Part shown: piece by piece, positions 37,028-48,779 of the stretch
How the letters are laid out: each line of letters starts with the position of its first letter
How positions within the stretch are numbered: position 1 is the first letter of the stretch
Assembly: GCA_011109175.1 (NCBI GenBank)
Contig: RDEW01000005.1
Coordinates: forward strand, 496,001 to 560,000
Origin: Dicyema japonicum
Taxonomy: Eukaryota > Animalia > Dicyemida
DNA length: 64,000 nt
Direction of reading: 5' to 3'
The notes under the pieces: generated by a model
Seen by the model: the letters and a program-made list of their open reading frames with translations, nothing else
Told to the model about the DNA's origin: nothing
Database searches by the model: none
Position numbers and translations under genes: made by a program

Positions 37028-40000
37028 ATGATTCAGGTAATCACTTCAGGTTAACATTCCAGCTACTCCTTTTAATTTTGATCGGCAAAGTCCGGTTGAG
37101 TCACCCATCCTCTACTTTTGACGATCCCACGGCTAACAACCTGACAGCGGTGAACAGCACGCAACTCAATCTGTGCGTCAAACAAGCCACCAAAGCTCAA
37201 ATATGCTCGATCGTAGTATTCGAAGAGAAAAGTGATCCCTGAATAATTTCCAGATTATAATGAAAACTTGAACGTTGAAGCTTTAAACTTGTCGAGAAAT
37301 ATTCAGAATTACAGAATCGACGGAAAATATTTTCTGTACAAAAATCTCACCATTTTCACCACAACGAAAGTTCAGACGACAATGACGACTAATACAAGGA
37401 GCACATTGAGGTAATGTTTTTCCACGAATACTAGTACGGGATCTACTACAAGGAATACCAGTTCACAGTCTTCCACACAAACTAAAGGTAGTACAAAAAC
37501 AGCTACAAGTTCAAGTTCAATGAAGTAATATTCTACTGTAAACAGCAGTACGGGATCTACCGGAAGCAATACCAGTTCACAGAGTACACAGTCTTCCACA
37601 CAAACCAAGAGTAGTGCAAATAGTACGAAAACTGTTGCGAGGTAATATTCTACTGTAAACAGCAGTACGGGATCTCCTGGAAGCAATAGCAGTTCACAGA
37701 GTACAAAGCCGACGTCAGCACAAAAAAGCATTATCAACCTCTGTGTCGGAATCAAATCACTAAAACAGGGAGTTTCATACAAGTTAGAGCATTAAAGTGA
37801 TTTTAGGGTTTTGACAGTTTTCTTTTCAAATAATGTCATTTATGAGAGTTATGTATATCCGAAAATTTCCACGAGTAAGGATTTGCGAATATTCTTAGAT
37901 GATGTTGTATCCAATATCAACCATTCACTGACATATCACAGAAATTACAGCGACTTGCGCTTGAATTGGACCGCCGAATCGACTGGCTATAATTTCTCAG
38001 TCAAAGTGAAAATCCGACGACCTCTAAGCCCAGTGACTAACCTGTTTGATGACTTAGAAAATCCTTTCATTCAACATTTCCTCGAACTACTCGTATCTAG
38101 TGTTTGACACACCAAAGTTCGATGCTGATTACAATATCACGGTTAATATAGGAGATATTGAAATTTGTAGATTACAGTGTTGAATGTCCCCCGTCAGTTA
38201 AATTATGAGTACAACTTCCACCTGGATTCAATAGGTTTGTGATCCACTTATCGATAGCACCTTATCCACTCTCCAGTTTAATCTGGGGGGAAGTCGTCAA
38301 TGTTTCGGACTCAGTCAAGATCAATTTAAGAAGTGAATTGATTACTGATGATAATGGAAGGATTACCAGAGTTCTCCTGCTCCTTGCCTCTACAAAACAC
38401 GGTATTTCACAGACTCTTATTTAGGCAAAACTATCCGACCTGTGGACTTTGACAAAACTTGGAATGATTATTCGAAAGGATCGGAGATCTTTGCAATCTT
38501 TGATTATAAGAATTTACCCTTACCTTCTCTAAGGAGGAATCTCAAAGTCATCTTAGTCGAGAAGGGTACGATCGGGGATAACTATTTGATTCCAGCAAGC
38601 ACATTTCAGTAATATAAAATTTTATTTTAGGTTGTACGTCGTAATATTTAATTCCGTCGGTCATTCAGTCTCCAAGTCTTCGAGTTACATAACATCCCCC
38701 ATTTTCCCCGTCAGCCATATTTCTTCCACTAAGCACGACAATATTTATTCCCTTTCGTGGGACCCCCCGAAATCTTGCGCTCTGTTTCAGAACGTTTGCT
38801 CATACACCATCTTGGTTATAAACAAAGACACGTGGGAAGATTATAAATATGAGTCAAATAATACATTTTTGCTCCTTAGTCTTCAAAAGTCGGGGATTTA
38901 TGAGATTCAGGTCACAACCTCAGTGAATGGAAGACTCAGTACCCCCAGAAATGCGGTTTTTATATTCGACAACCAAAGAAGTACCTTATTTTCTGAGTTG
39001 AGAATTTTCGTTGCTATTCATTTGGCCGGTCGTCACGATACTAATAGTGTTACTGGTCATTGTAGTACTTCGAAGAAGTTGTGTGAGAGTGGCCCAAAGA
39101 ATTTCCGTCAGGTGTGCTAATTCTCGCCCAAATACTCCAAACTCTGCCATTGAGTTGGAGGAAGTGGACTACGTGAACCACATGGCCGACACCATGCACA
39201 AGGCAGTAACAAAGAAAATGAAAACCAACAAAATTTACTCCGTTAGCGTTTTTTGTTCAAAATAGGATATCTGCAGGAACTCGCCGAGCTATCCGGTTAG
39301 GATTTCGACTTTGCCGATAAATCATTCAAAAAACAGATATACGAATATTGTGGCGTGTATTACTTAGGTCATTACTCCCATAGTTGATAGCTCACGTGTG
39401 ATCCTGCAAAGATCTGCGGAATTCTTAGAACCTGGACAAACGGACTACATCAATGCAAATTACATTCCAGTATAACTCCCGGCTCATTCCAGGGGTATCT
39501 CTCGTCGAAGCAGTATATCGCATGCCAAGGACCACTGGATGCTACCATTGAGGATTTTTGGCTGATGGTCTACCAAAACAACGTGAAGGGAATCGTTATG
39601 CTGACAAAATTAGTCGAAAGGAATACTGTAGTCTTGTTGCCATATTTTAGAGAAAATGTTCCCCCTATTTTCCGGACGAGGATAACCCGGAAATGACTTT
39701 TTCTTTGTTTAAAGTAAGCCACGTGAGTGAAACGGAATATGAAAAATTTATCATATCTGAACTTAAAATGGAGTCGATTGTGAGTGCTTGAGCTATATTT
39801 GAGTATTCCGATGTCCTGACTGTGAAGATATACAAATATTTGGGTTGGGGGACTTTTCTGTCCCGGAAAGACCGGATGAGATCATAAAGTTCGCTAGTTT
39901 TGTTTACATGGACGTCTTCACTCACACTTACGATAAAATCATCGTTCATTGTAGGTAATGGAACATCAAATTTCCGTAGTGCTGGTGTGGGGAGAACGGG

Positions 40001-40280
40001 GACATTCATCACGATTGATTCGATGCTCCACTACCTCGTCAATAACATAAAATTCAAGATAGAGGACATTATTCTGTCAATAAGACATTACAGACCTGGA
40101 ATGGTCCAAACCCTGGTCTGCTTTAGTATTTGATTTGTAGCATCAACTCGAATATATTTATGACTCTGGGTTGTGGTTGCTAACAACCGATGAGGGTACG
40201 TGTTGGGGTCATTTAATGTAGGTTTAAAGTATATGGAAGATATCAGGTCAATATACTCAAGGAAACTCAAGTCCGATTAA
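37028..40280 (+). CDS. Receptor-type protein tyrosine phosphatase: signal peptide, Ser/Thr-rich stalk, FN3-like region, TM helix, one PTP domain (R3-like)
   Basis: MIQLLLLILIG signal and TM WPVVTILIVLLVIVVL. PTP motifs KNRYTNI, DYINANY, YIACQGP, DFWLMV, IVMLT, VHCS|AGVGRTG (split by a 25-nt intron) and MVQT. A 1-nt frameshift falls in the G5 run at 39847-39851. Middle exons were not fully resolved. Confidence 0.88.
37411..37720 (+). repeat. Three tandem intron-plus-exon units (114-117 nt) encoding the mucin-like stalk
   Basis: Introns start at 37411, 37525 and 37642; the last two are identical (gtaatattctactgtaaacagcag). Each exon starts TACGGGATCT. Confidence 0.88.
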
Positions 40281-40559
40281 TATTTCGTAGTAATTTGTTT
40301 AGTTTGAATATATTGGTTAATTTCCTAATCCCTTGTTTTATGATAAGTGGGTCCCTTCGACGTACTAATTCTGACAATTTTTATATTTATTTTGACATTT
40401 TTGACAGTGCAATATACATTTTTGACAATGCAATTAACAATCACATAATGGAATCCCATACAATTTCCATTTATTTTTTCAACATTCCTGTAAAATGTCG
40501 TATTTTCTTCCGCGTTAGATGTGTTATAGAATAGTCCAAAGCATTTTGTAGTAATTGAG

Positions 40560-40930
40560 CTCGAAATTCGGTCAGGGTTCTATTTCCTGCTGCAATATCA
40601 TCATTATGGGGATTGTTGTGATAAATACGTCTTCATTTCAGCCTTAAAAATGGAAAAACACCCTTCGCATGGATTAAGCTGAGGAGAATATGGTGCATCA
40701 ATATTTAGTATGTTCTACTCGTATACCTTCAAAATTTACTTGTTTTTTATGGATTGGAGCATTATCCATATAAATAATAGTATCCTCTCCAGCTAAACTG
40801 TCAGATAATGCCGTCATAAAATTGATCGATTTTATAGATGCAATGTTAATTCTCACAATTGTTCCATTGTCATCAATTACTAAAATAACTTTAAGATTCA
40901 TTCCTTTGCTAGCCTCACTGGCACTATCGC
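40560..40930 (-). mobile_element. Tc1/IS630-type DDE transposase fragment
   Basis: IIYMDNAPIH and PYSPQLNPCEGCFSIFK. Confidence 0.8.
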
Positions 40931-41339
40931 ATGGATCCTAGGGATCGGCCAATTTTTTATGTAAAGAGATTGAAATTTGTTTCGTCCAAATGTATTTTTC
41001 TATTTGTATTACGTTGATAATCCAATGCAAATATTTTTTATATATTTTTCATTCCTTTGCAGCATTTTGTGGGTAATCAATCGGCATCAAGTCGGTTATA
41101 TATTGTCGCAATACAAACTTTATTATTTACCAATGTTCGTATTCTTTTCAATGTTATCGATGAATTATTCTCAATTATCAAATTCACTTTCAAAATTGAT
41201 ATAAAAATGTCAAAGTAGAATCGCTTTGTCAAATTTGATATAAAAATGTCAAAATTGAACTGAAAATGGTATATTGTCCAGTCTATGCTATAATAACTCT
41301 TGGAGTCTCAAGAGAGCTGTAATGAATAAACGAAAAATT

Positions 41340-41700
41340 CCAAAGACCACGGTAACATCAAACTACCCACGTGATCCCGACACGCTCTAATAGAGACCTC
41401 AACTTGGCCCGATGCACCTCCCTCGATCACACAAAAAACCCGTACCGTAGTCGCGCGGGGGGGTTCCTCGGTTTTTACGGATTAAGAATTCCAGGGGTAT
41501 TGGAAGGGGAATATTCCAAAAGTCCATCGTTCCGTAATTTTAAAAGCCTTTTTTGGTTTGAACAAGCACAGTGAACCAGAGAACGTTTTCTGGGAAGCTG
41601 AATGCGATTCCATAACTCGTCGCCAGAGAACGAAATTTTTGTGACTAAAATTTATCCACGTGAAGATAAGTTTTATTAGAGACGGAGACATGGGTGTGAC
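41340..41700 (-). mobile_element. 3' part of a GIT-type LINE
   Basis: KKAFKITERW matches KKAFRMTERW at about 62165; 3' end gtcgggatcac...ccgtggtcttt. Confidence 0.65.
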
Positions 41701-41744
41701 ATCAATTTATTCTAATAAAAAAGTGATAACATGCCTAAATAAAC

Positions 41745-42677
41745 TCAAAGACTATTAATAAAAGAGTTCAACAACTTGGTGACTACCTTAACCTGTTGGG
41801 AGACGGCTTCAACAACTTTATGTCCTGATAATGCATTTTCGGTTTCCTTTGATAATGCGCAAACATTAGATATGATTGATAATGCCAAAACTTTCATTCC
41901 ACAATGTGCAGCAGCTATAGCTTCTCCAGAAGTACTCATTCCTATTTAGTTAGTAGACACGTGATCACCCACGGCATCGCAGTCGTTGTTAGTCAAAAAA
42001 CTGACATCAAATGCTGTTTCGTAGTGGGGTCCGGCGACGGAGGCGTATATTCCTGTATAAATGTCAATATTTAGTTCCAATGCACATTTCTGGCATTTCC
42101 TTCTCAGTTCCTTGTTGTACAGATCATAAAGGGAGGGAAATCTGGGACCCCATCTTAACTTACAGAGGGAATCGAACCTTTCATCATTAGGACCCACCAA
42201 CGGACTGTTCCCAGCGAATCCAGGGAAATAGAGATGGTCTTTGATCAGCATTATGTCCCCGATTTTGAAAGACGGATTTATCCCGCCGGCTGCATTTGAC
42301 AAGATCAAGTTTTCGACTCCCAAGAGCCTCATTAATCTGATGGGGGCAACGATCTGAGTGAAAATCGTAAATATACTGCTGATGGGTGAAGGCCCTCATA
42401 AAAATGAAGTCTTCCCTGCTGAATGATCAAATCCTTTCCATTCGTCATCTTTCCTATGACAAACTGACCCACGTGAGAAGTAGCTTAAATAACACATCAT
42501 ATTACCAGTTGCTACTGGAAGATTCGGGATTTCAGCAAATTTAATAATCGTTGGATTTTCGATTAATTTAGCGAGATCCCCAAGTCCAGATCCACAAACA
42601 ATGCCAATTGTAGGCCTTAAGGGTGTTTTCGAGGCTACATAATCTTTCATTTGCTGAACATCGTTGTATGATATCAT
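41745..42677 (-). CDS. PNP: Purine nucleoside phosphorylase, 5 exons
   Basis: GIVCGSGLG, QGRLHFYEG, SNAAGGINP, GPND.R, GPHYET, DAVG|MST and ALSIISN; introns of 22, 23, 24 and 27 nt. Confidence 0.96.
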
Positions 42678-43859
42678 CCTATTCTCTGATTAAAATGGTT
42701 TAATGATTAAATATCATCCAATAACGCTAAAACCGCTATTTCATCATTAAATAGCAGTGCCAAGAGGTTAATTTGCGGGAAAGTTGACATTTTGACGTAC
42801 CTTATGCACTAAATGTCTACTTTGCTTCATGTTTGATGAAAGTCCATTTCTTCTTGTGACCACGGACGAGGTGATGGAATCCTGAGACATGTACATTGGA
42901 GAAGTGTTTGTTGCTGGAAAATCCGGGTTTGGATTCTGTCCAACATTAAATTAAAAGAACTCAGAGGATCATCTGTCAGAAGCCATATAATGTACAACCA
43001 ATAGTGCAATCAATTAAAAACCCGTCACTCCAGTTATTCTCTGTCATTAATGCAAAATATTCAAATTTCAAGGTTTTTTGAATGTCATTAGAATTATTGA
43101 TTTAATGGAAAGTCTTTATGTCATTAGAATTATTTTCCTTATAATTTCACAGGAACACTCTAATCAATGGATTTAAGTATTTATTGACCTTTTCATGAGC
43201 TTTATCCCCTATGCTCATCACAAACCATGTTCAACTCGAGAAACTAGTAACAAAATCATTTTCCTCCGCTTGTCTCTGTCATGATAAAGCTCTCGTAGTC
43301 ATCCAGATCTTCTCTCTCTTAAACGTCTCCTAATCTTTTGGAGTTTCCGTCGAGGATCATTTTAGTTAGTTAAAAGCACTCCCCCATCACCCATAGGTAT
43401 ATGAATATGTTACATCACTGAGGTAATCAGGATAATTCAGACCTTCCCAGCACCTGAACGGGCATTGGCAGCACTTTGAGGTTGATTTCAAAAATCAGTA
43501 ATTACTACAATTAAAACGGGTTCCACATTTAATCCAAAAATACCATTTATATCTCATTATGTGAAAGTTAATTTTGAATCTCTTGCAGACCAAAGAGCAG
43601 TCCCAAACTATTCGTTAGATTAACCGTTTTCCCTGTTAAGTTTTGTTTTAAAGATAAATTTTATTTTCAATGTATTTTTGATTTTATGATTTTCTTTTTA
43701 TATCTTGTATACACAGGATTTAATATAACAAGGAGAGGTCTGAATCTATATCTCAATTTCACCATATTGCAATATCCATTTGTATTTGGGGGTTCGCTTT
43801 TCCCCGTAGTTTCCTTCACATGGAGGGATAGGAAATAAATAAAAGTAAATTCCCATAAA

Positions 43860-44460
43860 AGTTAATTTGGAGATTTAAGATTGGTATCATGTCCCCGGGG
43901 AGCATCCCTATCCCCTTTATTGTTCAATCCATTCACCCCAGATCTTCTTATCCCGGAAAACGAGAACGAAATCCTAATGCTTATGAAGATGACATTGTTA
44001 TGGTCTCACGTGATCTGGATATTCAGGTTGCATCATTAAGATTTCAACAACACCTGGACTGTCCTAACGTTGGGTTAGAGGACAACAGCCAAACATTTAC
44101 TCCTTAGAAATCAGTAACCACGTTATTCAATTCCGACAGAAAATTAAGGAGACAGTAGAGCTAAAGGTGGATAATACAGAAATCCCTTCAGCATATAAGG
44201 TGAGAAAAAGTCTAACTTTCTAACCTCTCAGGAATATGGAAGGCCTGAAGCTATCCAGTTCGCACTGTTAAAGCTTTTGTAAAGTGGTGAGTGATGTGCT
44301 CAAAGACTAGCTTTGGGAGGTTAAAAAAGAGACGGTCAAGATTAAGCGTTGTGTTTGTTTAAAAAAGAGAGGGTCAAAGCCACTGTATATATAGACAGAG
44401 TAGGATAACTTGCTTTCGGTCTGGTTACAACGGACTATTAATATGAAGTTATCCAATCGA
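43860..44460 (+). mobile_element. Degraded GIT-type LINE RT fragment
   Basis: Degenerate PQGSILSP, YEDDIVMVSRDLDI...RFQQHLD. Confidence 0.65.
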
Positions 44461-45059
44461 GGCCATCCAGGAAAAATATATTTATTGCGAACGTTATCTG
44501 AGATTATTAAATGTTCTCACTTTTGGTTTCAATTGTAAAATAAGATTGAATGCTTTAGTTATCTCAAAGACAGATAGAAAATTGTCTTAATTGTCAACTA
44601 CAATTGGCAGAATTGTCAACACAAAGTGTGTTTAATTGCTACAAGAATGTACTCCCTATATAAAGGACTCCACTAAAGTCGTTTGTCAATAGAGACGGTT
44701 TCCTATTTGCCTCCAAATTGTATATAGAATTATCGTACTTTATGTTGCAATTCTGTCCAAGAAAAAATTGGTGCAATTTATATCTCGAATATCTACGAAT
44801 TTCGACTAATTTTATGAAAAGATCACATTAAAAACTGGAGATAACCGATTGCTTTCATAGTTGAGGTAGATAATACAGAAAAACCCTGTTTTGGGGTACT
44901 TGGTGGTCTAATGGGAAGTTGGACTTTACATCGAACAGGTGGATCAAGGTCTCTGAAACCTCGAAAGTGATCTATACGAGATAAATATCTATTCTTATTC
45001 AGGTTGTGAGAATCCGAAATTTTTTTCTTTTTCTTGTGTGTGGGTCCTTTCTAGACTAT

Positions 45060-45215
45060 CAAGTTCCGCAGTGAATATCCACTGATGACGTCTCACTCTT
45101 CAAGCCCTTATAGCATCGTAGATGCGTGGAAACTTCCACCAGGTGAACAGCAGCGAGAATCGAACCCGTAACTTAAGCCACTTTGCTCGACACCTAACCA
45201 CTATGCCACCCGGCC
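45060..45215 (-). mobile_element. SINE with head type 1 joined to the type A core
   Basis: The reverse strand has the 13917-type head, then ggcttgaagagtgagacgtcatcagtggatattcactgcggaac. Confidence 0.75.
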
Positions 45216-45229
45216 TTATAATGTCAATT

Positions 45230-45730
45230 TTGAGAATTTGGTTAAGTTTTGATTATTTCCCTTATTTTGAGAATCACGTGGGGAATATTCCTGCTGTTTT
45301 GCATGAATTACTAGCACGTACTGATGCTTTGCAACCTCCGCGAGTGCAGACTTTTACTTGGACTGGCAACAATTGTTTGACACCGTGGGAGGGATTACTC
45401 TGCTAGAAGGCAGAGGACAAAACCCACCAAAACAGAGCGTATTCCTGTCATTTTTTATTGAAAGCGAGTAATTTGGGGAAGAACACGATGTGGCATATTG
45501 TTTCTGGGAGTTTCCCGAAGAGCATTCGGTTGATTAATTTTATGATAATTGACACAAGACAGGCACGTGAGCTGTCCGTGTTCTGAGAAATGAAGTCTTG
45601 CGATGTTCAACGGAGCTTATCAAATCCTCCACTGTTGCTTGGAATGAAAGGGAATTCCACTTTTAGTATGTTAACTATTTTTCCAGGATAGGCGTCTAGT
45701 CGAGTTGATGCATGTTCCCATTTAGGTGTT
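45230..45730 (-). mobile_element. CRE-clade RT N-terminal fragment
   Basis: SGGFDKLR, LINRMLFGKLP...KLLAFNKK and LLPVQVKVCTRGGCKASVRA. Confidence 0.7.
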
Positions 45731-45884
45731 CCCCAAAGAGAGTTTAGTAGAGGCTATTAATAACACTTTGAGGAAACTTATATTTCCAAATTCTAATTTT
45801 CAAATTTATCATTAAATAATCATTTAATATTTTAATTCCTTAATCCATTCTAATCGATACTGTTGAAAAAGTAAATCTGTGGCA

Positions 45885-46150
45885 TAATGACCACGTGGTG
45901 TCATGTGGCTACTTGATTGAAGATTTCTCTTCACTGGTGGTTCATTGGATCTACCTTACTCAGGAGGCGCCGAATGGCTGGTCGGTATTCTAAAGGATTC
46001 ATCTATTCATTCCACCGAGAGACAATTTTTTCCCTGGCGAAGAGTTCTGGAGTCGACCTCAGCTCCCCGTACAACACTCTCTCTATCACTGTGCTTGGAT
46101 GAGGGTTCAGAATCAAGGAATTAGTTAGTTTGGTTTAACCTTGATCTTTA
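45885..46150 (+). mobile_element. SINE body type B, diverged subfamily
   Basis: ccacgtggtgtcatgtgg..ttgattgaag start; ggaggcgcc..tggctggtcgg..aaaggat core; aattagttag end. Confidence 0.65.
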
Positions 46151-46479
46151 ATTTAATTATCAATTTAATTTTTATAGCAACTAATGGTCTTCACGTGGGT
46201 CACCTACTATGGAGAAGACTGTTGTAACCAACAGACCCACCTTCTCTCCCTTGTCTAACAACTATTGCCTGATAGTGGCCACAAACGTTCGTCATTTTTA
46301 GTTACGTTCTTGTTAGCCAACGGTTTCCTTCACTTGAAGGGACAGGAGTAAATAAATATTAATCCAAAGGATTTCTCTGGCAGTTGTCAGGGGTTAACAG
46401 CCACTCAATTACTTCAGATGAATTACTTTGACTGTTTTGTTACGTAATAAATTGAAACGAACAAGATTCGCTCAAACAA

Positions 46480-46660
46480 CCACGGGGATCTCCTGTTCGT
46501 GCACTAATACAATTCCCTAGACGACTCAAGAATTCCATCGTCTCAGGCGCAACCAGACGTCCCAACAGCGAGTGGAAGAACAAAAATCCTTGGGTAGGAC
46601 CGCGTACTTTGTCCGTTTCAACCTCTCGTCATTCTCAGCGGCCGAACAGGCTAGAGGCAC
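46480..46660 (-). mobile_element. CRE REL fragment, same family as 14500-14680
   Basis: Shares aattcttgagtcgtctagggaat and ttgagcgaatc with the 14215 copy. Confidence 0.75.
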
Positions 46661-46814
46661 TGAGGAGTAGGAGGCAAACGTAATAAATTATTCAAATATT
46701 CTAATGTTATACAAATTAATAATTTAGATTTCTCTTCCAACAGCGAATTTTACCAAATCTCCTTTTCATTAGTTTTTATTTTATTAGTCTACTATTCACT
46801 AGTTCAAAAAACAT

Positions 46815-47030
46815 AGGATTCATTGAATCAAAGTGGGGATTTAACAAGGATTCACAAAGAATAGGGTCATTGGAATCAAAAGTGGGATTTAACAAGGATT
46901 CACAAGAATAGGGTCAGTGGAATCAAAGGTGGGATCTTACAAGGTTCACAGGGGTTAGAGTCATTGGAATCAAAAGTGGGGATCTTACAAGGTTCACAGA
47001 GGTTAGGGTCAGTGGAATCAAATGTGAGGA
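46815..47030. repeat. Minisatellite, about 4.5 units of 47-48 nt
   Basis: GAATCA anchor at 46825, 46873, 46920, 46967 and 47015. Confidence 0.92.
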
Positions 47031-47166
47031 TATAAAAAGATTGCAGAAAAATGAGGACCACAGAGGTCGAAAACTCATTCAAGGACGTTGCCTGTCCTCG
47101 TGATAGTTTATTTTTTTTAAAATCACAAAAAATAAAATAAAACTTTTTTTATAAAGTAAAATATAA

Positions 47167-48118
47167 TTATAAATCATCAATTATCTTGTATAATGTAGAA
47201 GTCGACAAATTCCACTGGGATCGAAATTCAAACAGATCCTGTTCAACCTGGGGGTTAAAAAAACCCATTTTTCTCAAACTCATTAACATCAACATGGGGA
47301 TGTCTCTCACAAATATGATTCCTGAAGACGTGACCCAACAAAGAATACCTGATCTCAGAATGATGGAATTTACATGCCTCACAAAAAGGACAGGGAAACC
47401 TCCTCTTCTTGAAATGATGCCGTCCATGCCGACACAACTTGGTCGGCGTGGAGAACCTCCGATCACAGGCTCTACAATAGAGGTTACTCACATCCAATAT
47501 TTCAGAAAGAAGAACCAAGTCATCCCTGTCCACGGAATCAATCCCATTTAAATTATGCTAGGAATTACATTCCTTGTGGTTACATAAGAGACTGAGAGAT
47601 CGTGAGGCTTTAGAACATGCTGACGTACTCCGCTGCACCAATGCACATGCTTTTTGAGAGAAGAAGACATTGAAAACTTCTTTGTGCAATTTTCGCACCT
47701 TAAAGATAGCCACGAGGTGCGAACTTGTATTTTTCCTGATTTTCCGTTCTCCCCTTATGGACTCTTGCGTATTTTTCAGAGGATACTTCTGACCTGTCGA
47801 CCACAATTTGTGAGACGGCCACCTGACTGTAAGGGATTTCATTCTCTTGGATGACAATGTCGGAAGGCTGGAGGGGATTTATGATCTCAAATACTTTGCT
47901 GAAGCACTTATGGTCCATAAAACTCATGACTGATCTATAGAACCCTCCGCATCTCTATCTTAGAAAAAACAGAGAACCTTGCATTCCAGGATCAAATTGC
48001 ATTCTTTTACAAGGAACTGTTTCAGGTCATGACCGTTATAAGAGTTCAGGTCTTCTAACAGCTGTTCCAGGGAGAGGGACTCCTTTTTAGGAGTTCGAAA
48101 GGCGGATGACGGCAGCAT
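47167..48118 (-). CDS. ZNF800: ZNF800-like C2H2 zinc-finger protein
   Basis: After 23-, 26- and 26-nt introns it reads LKQFLVKECNLILECKRCGGFYRSVMSFMDHKC (the ZNF800 N-terminal finger pattern), YKCENCTKKF...H, YCRACDRRF...H and FPCPFC...NH. The last exon is ambiguous (stop at 47255, about 47186 or 47167). Confidence 0.7.
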
Positions 48119-48349
48119 TCCAGAAGCCTAATAAATTGAATGCTTAAAAAATGTCGAAATTAATTTATATTAAATATTTTATTAAATTAAATAAAATATT
48201 ATTTTATAATAAAATTACCAATTGGCTTAGTTTTTAAATGTCACATTGTTTTCTCAGTTAACAATCTGGTTTTCGTCCTGTCAGATTCATCTCGTCTCCT
48301 ACAACTTAGTGAGACCATGGTTACTTAACTAAGTAAGATGTCACATTGT

Positions 48350-48560
48350 AACAATAATACTGTCCTCGATCCCCTTCGTTGATTACCTGATTGAAGGTTC
48401 TTTTCGTTTTCTCTGTTCCCTATCGTCTCTTGATCTTCTAGTGTGGCGTCATGTGATCTACCTTTAGATGACGCCAAGTTACATATTAGCATAAAAATGG
48501 TTGTTCATCCCCACTCCATTGGTAGTCTCCATAGCTGCAAAACTTGATATTTTCTTACGT
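48350..48560 (+). mobile_element. Diverged SINE body type B
   Basis: cctgattgaaggttc post-head motif and gtggcgtcatgtgatc. Confidence 0.55.
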
Positions 48561-48779
48561 ATCCGTTGGTTCTCTATGACTTGTGGGACTTTGAAATGTG
48601 CCTTAATGATGCTCTTGTGTTTTTTATAATTGGTATTTCCTGTTGGAATCTTAATTTTATTAAATATATTTTTTTAAATTTAATCTATTAAATTCGATTA
48701 TACGATTGATTAAGTAACTCAGTAAACCACATTTTCTACACGAATAAACAAAATTCAAATTTATTATTTCTAGTATATT

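Noticed and set aside
37372-37782. 136-aa hydrophobic repeat ORF on the minus strand
   Set aside because: It is the antisense shadow of the Ser/Thr-rich PTP exons.
39665-40012. 115-aa minus-strand ORF
   Set aside because: It is antisense to the PTP catalytic exons.
42780-42950. Open minus-strand block upstream of PNP as a possible N-terminal extension
   Set aside because: No in-frame splice to the PNP ATG exon was found.
44570-44800. CLNC...RDGFLFASKL, like a Merlin/IS1595 transposase N-terminus
   Set aside because: The catalytic motifs are absent and similarity is too weak.
46815-47030. Regular repeats as a possible CRISPR-like array (also 62551-62675)
   Set aside because: The units are contiguous with no unique spacers, the context is eukaryotic, and there are no cas genes.
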